Assembly: GCA_965223345.1 (NCBI GenBank)
Contig: CBDCWG010000007.1
Location: forward strand, 1-64,000
Origin: Nitrospinales bacterium
GTDB taxonomy: Bacteria > Nitrospinota > Nitrospinia > Nitrospinales > VA-1
Direction: 5' to 3'
DNA length: 64,000 nucleotides
The position numbers and the translations under genes are program-made. Numbering within the stretch: the stretch's first letter is position 1; every line of letters begins with the position of its first letter. Below are positions 35,698-44,397 of this stretch, in pieces. Below the pieces are notes generated by a model. It saw only the letters and a list, made by a program, of their open reading frames with translations, was not told the origin of the DNA and did not search any database.

Positions 35698-38600
35698 TTA
35701 TTTGGATTTGGCGCAGCGGAAGCCGATGTCCGAGCTGCGGTTTTCCGGGGAGACGAAATAGAAGCTGCCAGATTTCATGAATCCCGCGTCGTCGAGCCAG
35801 GACCCGCCGCGCAGCACCTTGTTGTTGCTGTCATGGCTGTCCTCGACCCACTCCCAGACATTGCCCACCATGTCGTAGAGACCGAAGCGGTTGGGAGAGA
35901 AGCTGCCGACCGGCGCGGTTTTCAATCCGTCGAATTTGCTGCCGCAGCCGTCGCAGTTGGCCATGTTCTTCTTGAGGGTCTCCCCCCAATGGTATTTCGA
36001 GGAGGTTCCGCCCCGCACCGCCTTCTCCCACTCGGTGCTGGTCGGCAACCGCTTGCCGATGCGCTTGCAATACTCTTTCGCCTCGGCCCAGGTCACTTTT
36101 TCCACCGGCAGTTTGGGGCCCTTGAAATGCGAGGGGTTCTTGCCCATGACTTTTTCGTACTGCTCCTGCGTGACTTCATAAGAATCGATGTAAAACGCCT
36201 GCGCGAACGTCTCTTTCAAGGAACCGGCTTCGCCCGCCGCAAATTTGCCTGAGGGGATCAACACCATCCCGCTGGTGCCGGTGTTGCGGGCCGGGCCGGA
36301 GGGTTTGGATTTGGGATCCAGCTTGGCGGTGGTCATGCGCTTGCCGCCGGAGGAGGCCAGCATGGCTCCCTTCTGATCGCGGACACAGCGGAACCCGATG
36401 TCGCCGCTGCGGTTTTTAGGCAACACAAAATACGATCCTTCCGGCGTCACGAAACTGGAATCGTCCATCCACGACCCGCCGCGCAAAAATTTGTATTTGC
36501 GTTCGTGCGATGCATCGACCCATTCCCAGACATTGCCCACCATGTCGTAGAGACCGAATTTGTTCGCCGGGAAACTGCCGGCGGGAGCGGTCTTGCGGCC
36601 GTCGAACTTGCTGCCGCAGCCGTCGCAGTTGGCGCGGTTCTTGCCGAGGGAGTTGCCCCAATAGTATTTCGAGGCGGTGCCGCCGCGCGCCGCTTTTTCC
36701 CATTCCTCCGGGGTGGGCAGACGCTTGCCGACGCGTTTGCAGTATTCTTTCGCCTCCTCCCAGGTCACTTTTTCCACCGGCAGATCGGCGCCTTTGAAAT
36801 GGGAGGGGTTGTTGCCCATGACTTTTTCGAATTCTTCCTGCTTCACTTCGTAGGTGTCGATGTAAAACGCCCCAAGGTTCTTTTTCTCAAACGCCCCGAA
36901 CTTGCCCGCGACGTAGCTGCCGGCGGGAATCAGCACCATGTTTTCGAGACCGGTGGATTTTTTCGCGGAGCCGCCTGAACTCTTGGCATTCAGCTTGGCC
37001 ATCTGCATTTTCTTTTCCCGTTCCCGGGCCCGCAGCTCGCGCTCCTTGCGGCGGGCTTCGCGGATCTTGGCGATGCGCTGCTGTTCGGCCAGGCGCTGCT
37101 GTTCTTCCTGCTGTTTTGCGAGCGTCGCCCGCTCCTGTTCCTGGCGCTGGCTTTCAGCCTCCTGGGCTTTGCGTTTTTCTTCATCTCTTTGCGCTTTGGC
37201 CTGCTCCCGCTGCTTCTCCTCACGGATCTCTTTGATCTTGAAAACCGCGAATTCCTTTTTCGGATTGTTGTCCGGGTACTTGTTCAAAAACCCTTCCCAG
37301 GCGGCCACCCGATCTTCAACCGAAACGCTTTTCTGGTCCAAGCTCATGACCTGGGCGAACTGCGTTTCGATCTCGGCTTTGCGCTGCTGGTCTTTCAACT
37401 CCTGCAGCTTTTTCTGGGCCAGATCCATGCGCGGGTTGTTGTCGGGGTATTTGCTGATGAAGGTCTCCCAGGAGGCGATCTTCTGATCCAGCGGCCCCTT
37501 GCCCTGATCCAGTTCCATCAGGTGCGCGAACCGCGTTTCGATTTCTTTTTTGCGCGGGTCCACTTCCGGCTCTCCCTTGAGAACCCGGAGAATGCGCTTG
37601 GCTTCGTCCACGCGGGGGTTCTTGTCGGGATACAGGTTGATGAAATCCTTCCAGAGCTTGATTTTGGTTTCCTTGGTGACCGAGGACTCGTCGAACTTGT
37701 CCAGCTCCTTGAGTTTCAGGTAGTGGTTCTCGATCCGGCGGTTGCGGTCCCCGCGCCCGGTGGACACGTCCTGCACCATGGCGACCAGTTCGCCGATGAT
37801 CGCTTTGTGATCGCCGGGCTCACGCTCTGCGACCGCATCTTCGAACACGTCGTCCTGCACCTGGATGGGAAACACGAAGTCGCCTTTGTTGAGGAAGCGG
37901 TTCTGTATTTTTCCGTAACGCGGCGTCTGGGTGCGGCGGCTGAGATTGGTGACGGTCTCCTCGATGTACAGGCCCAGCTCGGTGCCGGTCACGTAGCCGT
38001 CTGCATTGCGGTCGGCGTCCCCCTCCAGGGCGGACACGAACTGCCTGCGGAAAATGCTGATATCGGGAACCACCTGGTCGGCGGTGCCGGAGGTGAGAAA
38101 CTGGCGCACGGGTTTTCCGGTGCGCTGCTGGATGTCCTGGGGAATGGCGCGGCTGAGACCGAACAGCGTGCCGGAAAAGCAGCTGTCGAACACGAACATC
38201 GCGTGCTTGGATTCGATGGTGAGAGCGATGCCCTGGATGGACTGCATGCTCACCGAATGCTGGAAAAACCGGGTGAGGTCTTCCTTCGGGCTGGGGGCTT
38301 CCCGGGCGACGATGTAGCCCATCCACTCTTCCGGATCGTTGGTCGCGTACTTGGGTTTGTGGGTGTGTCCATGGCCGGCGAAATAGAACAGCAGCCGGTT
38401 TTCCGGGTTCAGCCCGTATTCGAGGACGAAGTCCTTGAAGGCGGCTTCCAGTTCCCGGCGGTCGGGATCCTCGATGACGTGCACCTGAAAGCCGACCCGC
38501 TCCAGAACTCTGCGCACGGCCTTGATGTCTTTTTTCACACCGGGAAGCCGGGGCCAGCCGCCGGTGTATTCGCTGACGCCGATCACCAGTGCGTGGCTCT

Positions 38601-38754
38601 CCCTGTAGAGCGTCACCGGATTGCCTTTTTTGTCGGTGACGGGCATCGACACGATGCCGCGCGTGGCGGCGAACGCTTTGGGGAGCACCCCGGAAAGCAA
38701 AACGCACCAAACCAGGAAACCGACGTAGCCGATTGAAAAATAAACTTTTCTCAT
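35698..38754 (-). CDS. Exported caspase-family (C14) protease with helical repeats, coiled coil and two FGE-sulfatase/CLec domains
   Basis: Signal peptide AFA-A; HALVIG, FYFAGHG, VFDSCFSG dyad; two copies of FYIDxYEV...PVEKVTW...KRLPT..EWEKA.RGG...FGLYDMVGNVWEW...RGGSW...IGFRC. Confidence 0.88.
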   Translation of the reverse strand: MRKVYFSIGYVGFLVWCVLLSGVLPKAFAATRGIVSMPVTDKKGNPVTLYRESHALVIGVSEYTGGWPRLPGVKKDIKAVRRVLERVGFQVHVIEDPDRRELEAAFKDFVLEYGLNPENRLLFYFAGHGHTHKPKYATNDPEEWMGYIVAREAPSPKEDLTRFFQHSVSMQSIQGIALTIESKHAMFVFDSCFSGTLFGLSRAIPQDIQQRTGKPVRQFLTSGTADQVVPDISIFRRQFVSALEGDADRNADGYVTGTELGLYIEETVTNLSRRTQTPRYGKIQNRFLNKGDFVFPIQVQDDVFEDAVAEREPGDHKAIIGELVAMVQDVSTGRGDRNRRIENHYLKLKELDKFDESSVTKETKIKLWKDFINLYPDKNPRVDEAKRILRVLKGEPEVDPRKKEIETRFAHLMELDQGKGPLDQKIASWETFISKYPDNNPRMDLAQKKLQELKDQQRKAEIETQFAQVMSLDQKSVSVEDRVAAWEGFLNKYPDNNPKKEFAVFKIKEIREEKQREQAKAQRDEEKRKAQEAESQRQEQERATLAKQQEEQQRLAEQQRIAKIREARRKERELRAREREKKMQMAKLNAKSSGGSAKKSTGLENMVLIPAGSYVAGKFGAFEKKNLGAFYIDTYEVKQEEFEKVMGNNPSHFKGADLPVEKVTWEEAKEYCKRVGKRLPTPEEWEKAARGGTASKYYWGNSLGKNRANCDGCGSKFDGRKTAPAGSFPANKFGLYDMVGNVWEWVDASHERKYKFLRGGSWMDDSSFVTPEGSYFVLPKNRSGDIGFRCVRDQKGAMLASSGGKRMTTAKLDPKSKPSGPARNTGTSGMVLIPSGKFAAGEAGSLKETFAQAFYIDSYEVTQEQYEKVMGKNPSHFKGPKLPVEKVTWAEAKEYCKRIGKRLPTSTEWEKAVRGGTSSKYHWGETLKKNMANCDGCGSKFDGLKTAPVGSFSPNRFGLYDMVGNVWEWVEDSHDSNNKVLRGGSWLDDAGFMKSGSFYFVSPENRSSDIGFRCAKSK
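37230..37745 (-). repeat. Three ~56-60 aa intragenic repeats (IE..F..LM.LD...KI..W..FI.KYPD.NPR)
   Basis: KLWKDFINLYPDKNPR, ASWETFISKYPDNNPR, AAWEGFLNKYPDNNPK. Confidence 0.8.
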
Positions 38755-39184
38755 TACTTTTCCCGACACTCCCGAGTCGAACCGCAGCGAAGAAATGAAC
38801 CGCGAAAAAATTTTCCTGTGCCCACAAAAAAACGGTACCGCCCCTCTAAACGACACGACTTTCCGCCACCCCGGCGGTCAAACACACATTTTCCATTTGG
38901 GACATCTTATTTATAATCCCTGCCAGAGTGCGGTTCAACCCAAAGTTAACACATTCTTTCAATTATCTTTCTGTCTTTTTCCCGAACGGGCGCCGGGATG
39001 CGATTTCCTCTGAAAAGTCATGGATTTCGCTACACGTTCAATTTACTGTAAATTTCCCTTTTCCGGGTCGATGACAGGCCGGCCGGCATGCCGAAAAGCC
39101 ATGCCTCGGTCTGGCGGAATGAGGCTAGGATGCATCGGCAAAATGTGGTACAGAGGTGAGGCGCGTTTTGCGGCGAGGAGGCCC

Positions 39185-39382
39185 ATGCAAAGAAACCCCG
39201 GTTTACGCACCATATTCATCATCTTCTGGGTGATCGGCTCGATCTTCTGGGTGCTGATCGGCGCCCTGGACGGCAATTTTGTCCGCAGCCTGATCTACAT
39301 CGGCATCGGCTGGGTGATCATCCTGACCTACCTTTCGGTGAAGGATTCCGTCACCAAGGAAGACGACTATACGGAAGAGTGA
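39185..39382 (+). CDS. Small two-TM membrane protein
   Basis: GAGGAGG RBS before ATG; two hydrophobic helices, acidic tail; 65 aa. Confidence 0.65.
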   Translation: MQRNPGLRTIFIIFWVIGSIFWVLIGALDGNFVRSLIYIGIGWVIILTYLSVKDSVTKEDDYTEE

Positions 39383-39435
39383 GTGTGAATCGCTTTATGG
39401 CGTGATTGCAAACGGGGTGCTTGCGGGAAGACGGT

Positions 39436-40140
39436 CTAAAACCGGAAGCTCAGGCCGAAGCCGAGGTTGTGGCTTTTGTAGCCGGTCTGGAATTTGGTGA
39501 GGGTCACGGAGTTGGTGAATTCCGGATCGGTGGTGGCGAAGTAATTGTAGTTGGCGTACAGGTCCAGGTTGTCGTCCAGCTCCAGGGCAAACCCGGCTTC
39601 GAACTTGTAGGCCAGAACCAGATCGTCATCGTCCACCCTGAGCGCTGTGGATGCCAGCACATCGCTGAAGGAAATCTGCGCCGCGCCGATGCCGCCTCCC
39701 ACGTAGGGGGTCCAGGCGCTCTTGTTCTCAAAATCGTGATACACGTTGCCCATGAAGCTCAGGGCGGACACGTCGCCGCTGGCGCCGAAGGTGGTTCCAT
39801 TCACGGTCGCCTGGCTGATGTTGCTCTCGCGGTAAGCCACCTCCCCTTCCACACGCAGCGTCCCCAGCTTGACTCCCAGGGAACCGCTGGCATTGTAGCC
39901 CTCGTTGAAGTCGAAGCTCGAACCGTCCTGGGCGTCTTCCAGAAGCGTCAGCCCCGACTCGACGGAAACGTACATCTGCTGCTCGGCATTCGCCGTCCCG
40001 AACAGCAGGACGACGCACACCAGGACCCAGGCCGCCAACGTTGCGCGCAAACGCAGCGGGCCGGCGCAATGACCTTTGCGGACAGGCCGATCTGGATGAT
40101 CGTAATCTGGCATCGCAGCTTTCCGGTTCCCGTCCTCCAT
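39436..40140 (-). CDS. Outer-membrane beta-barrel protein (opacity/OmpA-like porin family)
   Basis: Signal peptide ANA-E; LRVEGEVAYR, FMGNVYHDF, WTPYVGGGIG; C-terminal Phe. Confidence 0.85.
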   Translation of the reverse strand: MEDGNRKAAMPDYDHPDRPVRKGHCAGPLRLRATLAAWVLVCVVLLFGTANAEQQMYVSVESGLTLLEDAQDGSSFDFNEGYNASGSLGVKLGTLRVEGEVAYRESNISQATVNGTTFGASGDVSALSFMGNVYHDFENKSAWTPYVGGGIGAAQISFSDVLASTALRVDDDDLVLAYKFEAGFALELDDNLDLYANYNYFATTDPEFTNSVTLTKFQTGYKSHNLGFGLSFRF

Positions 40141-40437
40141 TAAAAAGCCAACGAAACGGAAACCTTGAGTTTTGGAACCTCGGGGAAGGTCTAATTTATA
40201 ATCGAATGCTCACGTTTGTCCAATCAATTCTTGCGTTTTTTTCACATCCGCTGAAAAAACCCGAATGACCCGCCAGGGTTTTGCCCGCTGAAACACGGCC
40301 GCCCTGCCCTGTTTGTCAGCCCGTTCCCTGCATTGGCGGGCGCGTTTCCATGCATGGTCCGTGCGCCGCCCCCGCATCGGCCCGGCCCGCCACTCCGGCA
40401 ACCCATTAATACTCAATCTCTTACAAGCCCAACATTT

Positions 40438-40454
40438 TTGGCACACCCTCTGCA
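40438..40454 (+). promoter_or_regulatory. sigma54 -24/-12 promoter
   Basis: TTGGCACACCCTCTGCA (GG-N10-GC); IHF-like ACTCAATCTCTTA at 40411-40423. Confidence 0.7.
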
Positions 40455-40520
40455 ATACAGGGATTCATGAGGCGAGGCAGTCAGCCTCCTTGCAAACCCC
40501 TTCAAAACGGAGGAAGTGAC

Positions 40521-40721
40521 ATGAAACTGACAAGTTCTTTTTACGAATCTCTGGATCAATACCTGGATCTATCGGGCAACGAATTTTACGGCTGTGCGGA
40601 ACAGGATGAAAACTACTGCGGCGAGATCTGCCCCTCCCCCTGCTACCTGGGAGCCGAGGATTGCGAGTCGGATCTGTTCGCAGGCGAGGATTTTTCTCAA
40701 CTTCTGTCCGGGGAGCTGTGA
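40521..40721 (+). CDS. Small acidic Cys-rich protein (66 aa)
   Basis: GGAGG RBS; MKLTSSFYESLDQYLDLSGNEFYGCAEQDENYCGEICPSPCYLGAEDCESDLFAGEDFSQLLSGEL; downstream of sigma54 site. Confidence 0.55.
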   Translation: MKLTSSFYESLDQYLDLSGNEFYGCAEQDENYCGEICPSPCYLGAEDCESDLFAGEDFSQLLSGEL

Positions 40722-40732
40722 GGGATACGATC

Positions 40733-40948
40733 ATGGCCACCTTAATCACGCATTCCAAAAGCATGAGCCTGGATCTGACGGTTCCAGCGATTCAAATGTA
40801 CGACGGTAAAATGAAAATTGAAAGCGCCGCGCCTCGAGGCAGCGAACCGGTGATTCGAGAGGCGCGGACTTCCCGGAAACGCTCAGGACTCAGGTTGTCC
40901 TTCCGGGTGATGAGAATTGCGGTGTTCTTTTTCTTTCACTCACTTTGA
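40733..40948 (+). CDS. Small basic hypothetical protein (71 aa)
   Basis: GAGGG RBS-like, 11 bp after previous stop; no recognised motif. Confidence 0.3.
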   Translation: MATLITHSKSMSLDLTVPAIQMYDGKMKIESAAPRGSEPVIREARTSRKRSGLRLSFRVMRIAVFFFFHSL

Positions 40949-41060
40949 GCGAACGCCGAAGCAACCGGCGCGAAAACAACTTTAACAGATTGCCTTGAAA
41001 AAAACATCACTTTTTTCAACACTTACGCATTTTACCCAAGTAATAGGATGAAGTCGGGAC

Positions 41061-42008
41061 TCATCGGCTGCGGCGTTCGATGGGCACATCCACCCGCTTT
41101 CCACAGTGCGGGCAATTGGCCGGGCGGCTGCGCCGCTTCTGTATCTCCTCCACAAACCCGTAAGCGATGATTCCCGCAGGCAGGCCGAAGGTGCCGAGGC
41201 CCAGGATCGCGATCATCCCGCCGAACAGTTTCCCGAACGGAGTGATGGGATAGATGTCTCCATAGCCCACGGTGGTCATGGTGGCGACGCCCCACCACAT
41301 CGCCGCCGGTATGCTGGAAAACGCCTCCGGCTGCGCGTCGTGTTCCAGAAAGTAGATGGTCCCCGATGCGAGAATCAGCAGCACCACCGTGACCGCGAAG
41401 GTCACCAGCAGTTCTTCCTTTTTTTCTTCCACCACGTTGGTGATGAGTTTGAGAGAGCTGGAATAGCGCGCCAGCTTGAACAGGGCGAAAAGCCGGAACA
41501 GGCGGAACACGCGCAAAAACCGGAGATCGCCGTCGAAGAAGATCGGCAGGTAAAACGGCAGGATGGCCAGCAGATCGATCAGGGCCATCGGCGTGAAGAT
41601 GTAGCGCAACCGCCCGGCAACGGGCCGCGCAAATTTTTCCTGCACTGTGCAGGTCCAGACCCTGAGAACGTACTCGAGGGTGAACACCGTCACCGAAAAC
41701 AGGGCGAAGGCTTTGAACGCACCCGAATACGCTGCCGCCAGGCTCTCCACCGATTCGAGAATGACCGCGAGGACGTTCAAGAAGATCAGGGTGACGATGA
41801 AAATCTGGAAGGCCTTGCTCAGTGCGCTGCTTTTCTGAGCGGGTGTCAGGATTTCCGCGATTTTTTCCTTCACGCTGCCATTGCGGCCGCAATGCGCATG
41901 GGAGCGCCGCGATCCGGACCTCTCCTCCTCCCGACCGGCATCGCCGGTGATTCGGTCCGCTGCTCGCCGCTTCTGCACAGGAATCGTCATGTTGCGTTCA
42001 TCCTTCAC
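41061..42008 (-). CDS. Voltage-gated potassium channel (Ion_trans)
   Basis: S4 LRFLRVFRLFRLFALFKLAR, selectivity filter TMTTVGYGD, C-terminal CPHC; start uncertain. Confidence 0.9.
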   Translation of the reverse strand: MKDERNMTIPVQKRRAADRITGDAGREEERSGSRRSHAHCGRNGSVKEKIAEILTPAQKSSALSKAFQIFIVTLIFLNVLAVILESVESLAAAYSGAFKAFALFSVTVFTLEYVLRVWTCTVQEKFARPVAGRLRYIFTPMALIDLLAILPFYLPIFFDGDLRFLRVFRLFRLFALFKLARYSSSLKLITNVVEEKKEELLVTFAVTVVLLILASGTIYFLEHDAQPEAFSSIPAAMWWGVATMTTVGYGDIYPITPFGKLFGGMIAILGLGTFGLPAGIIAYGFVEEIQKRRSRPANCPHCGKRVDVPIERRSR

Positions 42009-42030
42009 TCAACTCGCTGCACGGTGCTGC

Positions 42031-43098
42031 TCAGGGTTTGCGGGAATTTGAATCCCCGAAGCGGTTGTTGAAGCGGTTGACCGCCTGGATTTCCCCGTAT
42101 TTGGCGAAGTCGTCATAGAATTTCACCCACTGCGCTTCATCGACTTTGCTGTTCTGCACTTCGATCTGCGTCATCTTGAGCAGGTTCTGCTTCTTGCCTT
42201 CGATGGCGAGCAACCCCTCCCGGCCGTTTTCTCCGTACACGATCTGATACACGTTTCTCTGCACCAGCACGCCCAGCAGTTTTTCGATGATGGTCTGCGA
42301 GCGGTCTTCCATCTTCTGGCCGAGGTGAAAGCACTCCTTGAGAAACGCGCCGGACAGGCCCTGCACGGTTTTTCCGCCGCACATATCCTTGAAGTAGGTG
42401 AACTGCACGTTGTTGACCATGTTGCCGAAGGCGAAGTAGTTGGACAGGTAATCGCCGTAGCCGAGTTTCTGCGAGGTGGCGCGCGACTCGTTGAACAGCG
42501 GGATGACGTAGCTCTCGTATTTTTCCAGGGCGTTGCCCTGCTTGAGGTAACCGGCGGCCGCCTCGATGTTGCCCCGCTGCTGCTCGAGCACCGCCATCTG
42601 GTACCAGGGCAGCGCGTTTTCCGGGTCGGCGATGGCGAAGGACTGCATGAGCACCTGCTTGCCGTGACAGAACGGCGGCACGTCAGACGCCTCCTGCTCG
42701 CGGATGAAGCAGTGGATGATGGCGGAAGCCAGGATCAACGGATCGTTGCGGTCGGCCTCGAGCGCCAGCTGGAACAGATCGTTCTGCAGCTCGTTGTCTC
42801 CCACTTCCTGGGACGCCGCCACCAGCAGATCGCGCGCGGTTCCGGTCTTGATCAGCCGCTCCATGTTCACGGCGGAATAGCGCAGGCGGCTGTCGATGGA
42901 TTCGGAGACACGCAGCCATTCTTCGGTGAAGGGCTCGAGCCGGTTGAGTTTTTCGATCTCTTCGTATGTGGGCAAGGCCGGGAGCCGGGAGTCGCCGATC
43001 GTCCCGTACCGTTCCAACGTCCCCGGATCGGCCAGGGTGAGGCCGGGCAGGAACAGGGCAAGGCAAAACAGGATGGCACACGCTGTGCGTCGTTTCAT
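42031..43098 (-). CDS. Exported helical hypothetical protein
   Basis: Signal peptide TLA-D, 355 aa, TPR-like ADPENALPWYQMA, host-like codon usage. Confidence 0.7.
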   Translation of the reverse strand: MKRRTACAILFCLALFLPGLTLADPGTLERYGTIGDSRLPALPTYEEIEKLNRLEPFTEEWLRVSESIDSRLRYSAVNMERLIKTGTARDLLVAASQEVGDNELQNDLFQLALEADRNDPLILASAIIHCFIREQEASDVPPFCHGKQVLMQSFAIADPENALPWYQMAVLEQQRGNIEAAAGYLKQGNALEKYESYVIPLFNESRATSQKLGYGDYLSNYFAFGNMVNNVQFTYFKDMCGGKTVQGLSGAFLKECFHLGQKMEDRSQTIIEKLLGVLVQRNVYQIVYGENGREGLLAIEGKKQNLLKMTQIEVQNSKVDEAQWVKFYDDFAKYGEIQAVNRFNNRFGDSNSRKP

Positions 43099-43141
43099 GG
43101 GTTATCTCACTTTTTTTCAAGGGTTTATTACCCTATTTGAG

Positions 43142-43158
43142 AGCAAACCCCGTGCCAA
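43142..43158 (-). promoter_or_regulatory. sigma54 -24/-12 promoter
   Basis: Minus strand TTGGCACGGGGTTTGCT, consensus match, 44 bp before ATG at 43098. Confidence 0.8.
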
Positions 43159-43294
43159 ACGAAAACCCTTGTAAAACCGCGGTTTGGCGGCTCCCCCCGC
43201 AAGAGGGGAAGGTCCATAAGTTATGATTTTTCAGACAGTTGACGCTATTTATGGCCAAACGGGCTCAATCACCCCCGAAGGGATGCTGGCCGGG

Positions 43295-43501
43295 TCAGGA
43301 AGGGTCGCGGGGCGGTGCGAGGGAAATCGTCTCCGCCGCTTTGAAACTGGTCTCGTAGGTGGGGGTTTTGTCGGGGAAAAAATAGGTGAGACTCCACCAG
43401 AGCAGAGCCAGCGCCGCGATCAGAGCCACGACGAGCTGGAACCAGAACGGCATGGTCTTTTTGTCCTGTCCGTCACCCTTGCCGTTCGGTGGCTCGCTCA
43501 C
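43295..43501 (-). CDS. Small single-TM protein
   Basis: 68 aa with one hydrophobic helix; GAGGGA RBS before GTG. Confidence 0.5.
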   Translation of the reverse strand: MSEPPNGKGDGQDKKTMPFWFQLVVALIAALALLWWSLTYFFPDKTPTYETSFKAAETISLAPPRDPS

Positions 43502-43552
43502 GGGAGTTATCCCTCATGCGGGTTGTCGATCACTGCGCTGCCGCCTGCGTGC

Positions 43553-44203
43553 TCAATAGGCGGAGCGGCGCACTTCAAACTTTTTATCGAGGATCTCTTT
43601 TTTCGCGGCCGCCGCCAGGGCCTTCAGCCCCTTGCGCGCCAGCTCCCCGGCGTCCTCTCGCGCCGGTGCGCCGTCCGCATCCGCGGTCTGCTCGTTGGCG
43701 GGAAGCGCGAGCAGGCGGTTCTGTTTCGCAAGGTACACCAGCCCGCGGGTTTTGAGCGTCCATTTGCCAGCGTCGGTGCGAACCTCGCGCCGGAACACCA
43801 GCAGCAGGTCCTCGTCGAACTTTTTGGCCAGGTCCTTGAGGACCGCGCGGGTCACGGGACCGCGCACATCCTCGCCCAGTGAGGCGGGGTTGATGCGCAC
43901 CGGGTCCGTCTTGATCAGGGTCGCTGAAACCGCTTTCGGGTCGCCGAGAACCGCATCCAGTGCGCCGGCCTCAGCGGATTCGGCGACCCCCTCGTCGAAT
44001 TTCTGGCCATCCGCGCCATAATAGAAATAGCTGCCCTGCTCAGGACGGCTCTCCAGCACCTTCATCGATTTGGGGAACACCAGTCCCTTGATCGAGGAAT
44101 CGGATTTTTTTCTTGTCAAAAGATCGTCATAGCCGCTTGCAGACGGCGCGCACACAAACAGTGCGGCGGCAAGGACCGGAATCCAGATAGGGTTTCGTTT
44201 CAT
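43553..44203 (-). CDS. Exported hypothetical protein
   Basis: GGAGG RBS before ATG 44203; signal peptide MKRNPIWIPVLAAALFVCAPSASG. Confidence 0.65.
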   Translation of the reverse strand: MKRNPIWIPVLAAALFVCAPSASGYDDLLTRKKSDSSIKGLVFPKSMKVLESRPEQGSYFYYGADGQKFDEGVAESAEAGALDAVLGDPKAVSATLIKTDPVRINPASLGEDVRGPVTRAVLKDLAKKFDEDLLLVFRREVRTDAGKWTLKTRGLVYLAKQNRLLALPANEQTADADGAPAREDAGELARKGLKALAAAAKKEILDKKFEVRRSAY

Positions 44204-44397
44204 AGGGCGGAACCTCCCTGGGATGATCCATCGGCGCGCTTCGGAAGGCTTTCTCCAAACACAAAATACAGCCATTTCGGGCAAACCCCTGATCCGGGAA
44301 AAATCCAGCGATGTGGGGTAGTATGGGTATCATAACAAACCGCCCGGCGGAAACAAAGGTTCTCTTGCCGACGAGAACCGTCACGCAAAGGAGAACC

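Noticed and set aside
35710..36940. Diversity-generating retroelement (TR/VR pair in CLec domains)
   Set aside because: Both copies are in-frame coding domains, mismatches involve all bases rather than adenines only, and no reverse transcriptase in the window
35698..36940. Active formylglycine-generating enzyme
   Set aside because: Catalytic Cys pair after RGGSW absent and no sulfatase nearby
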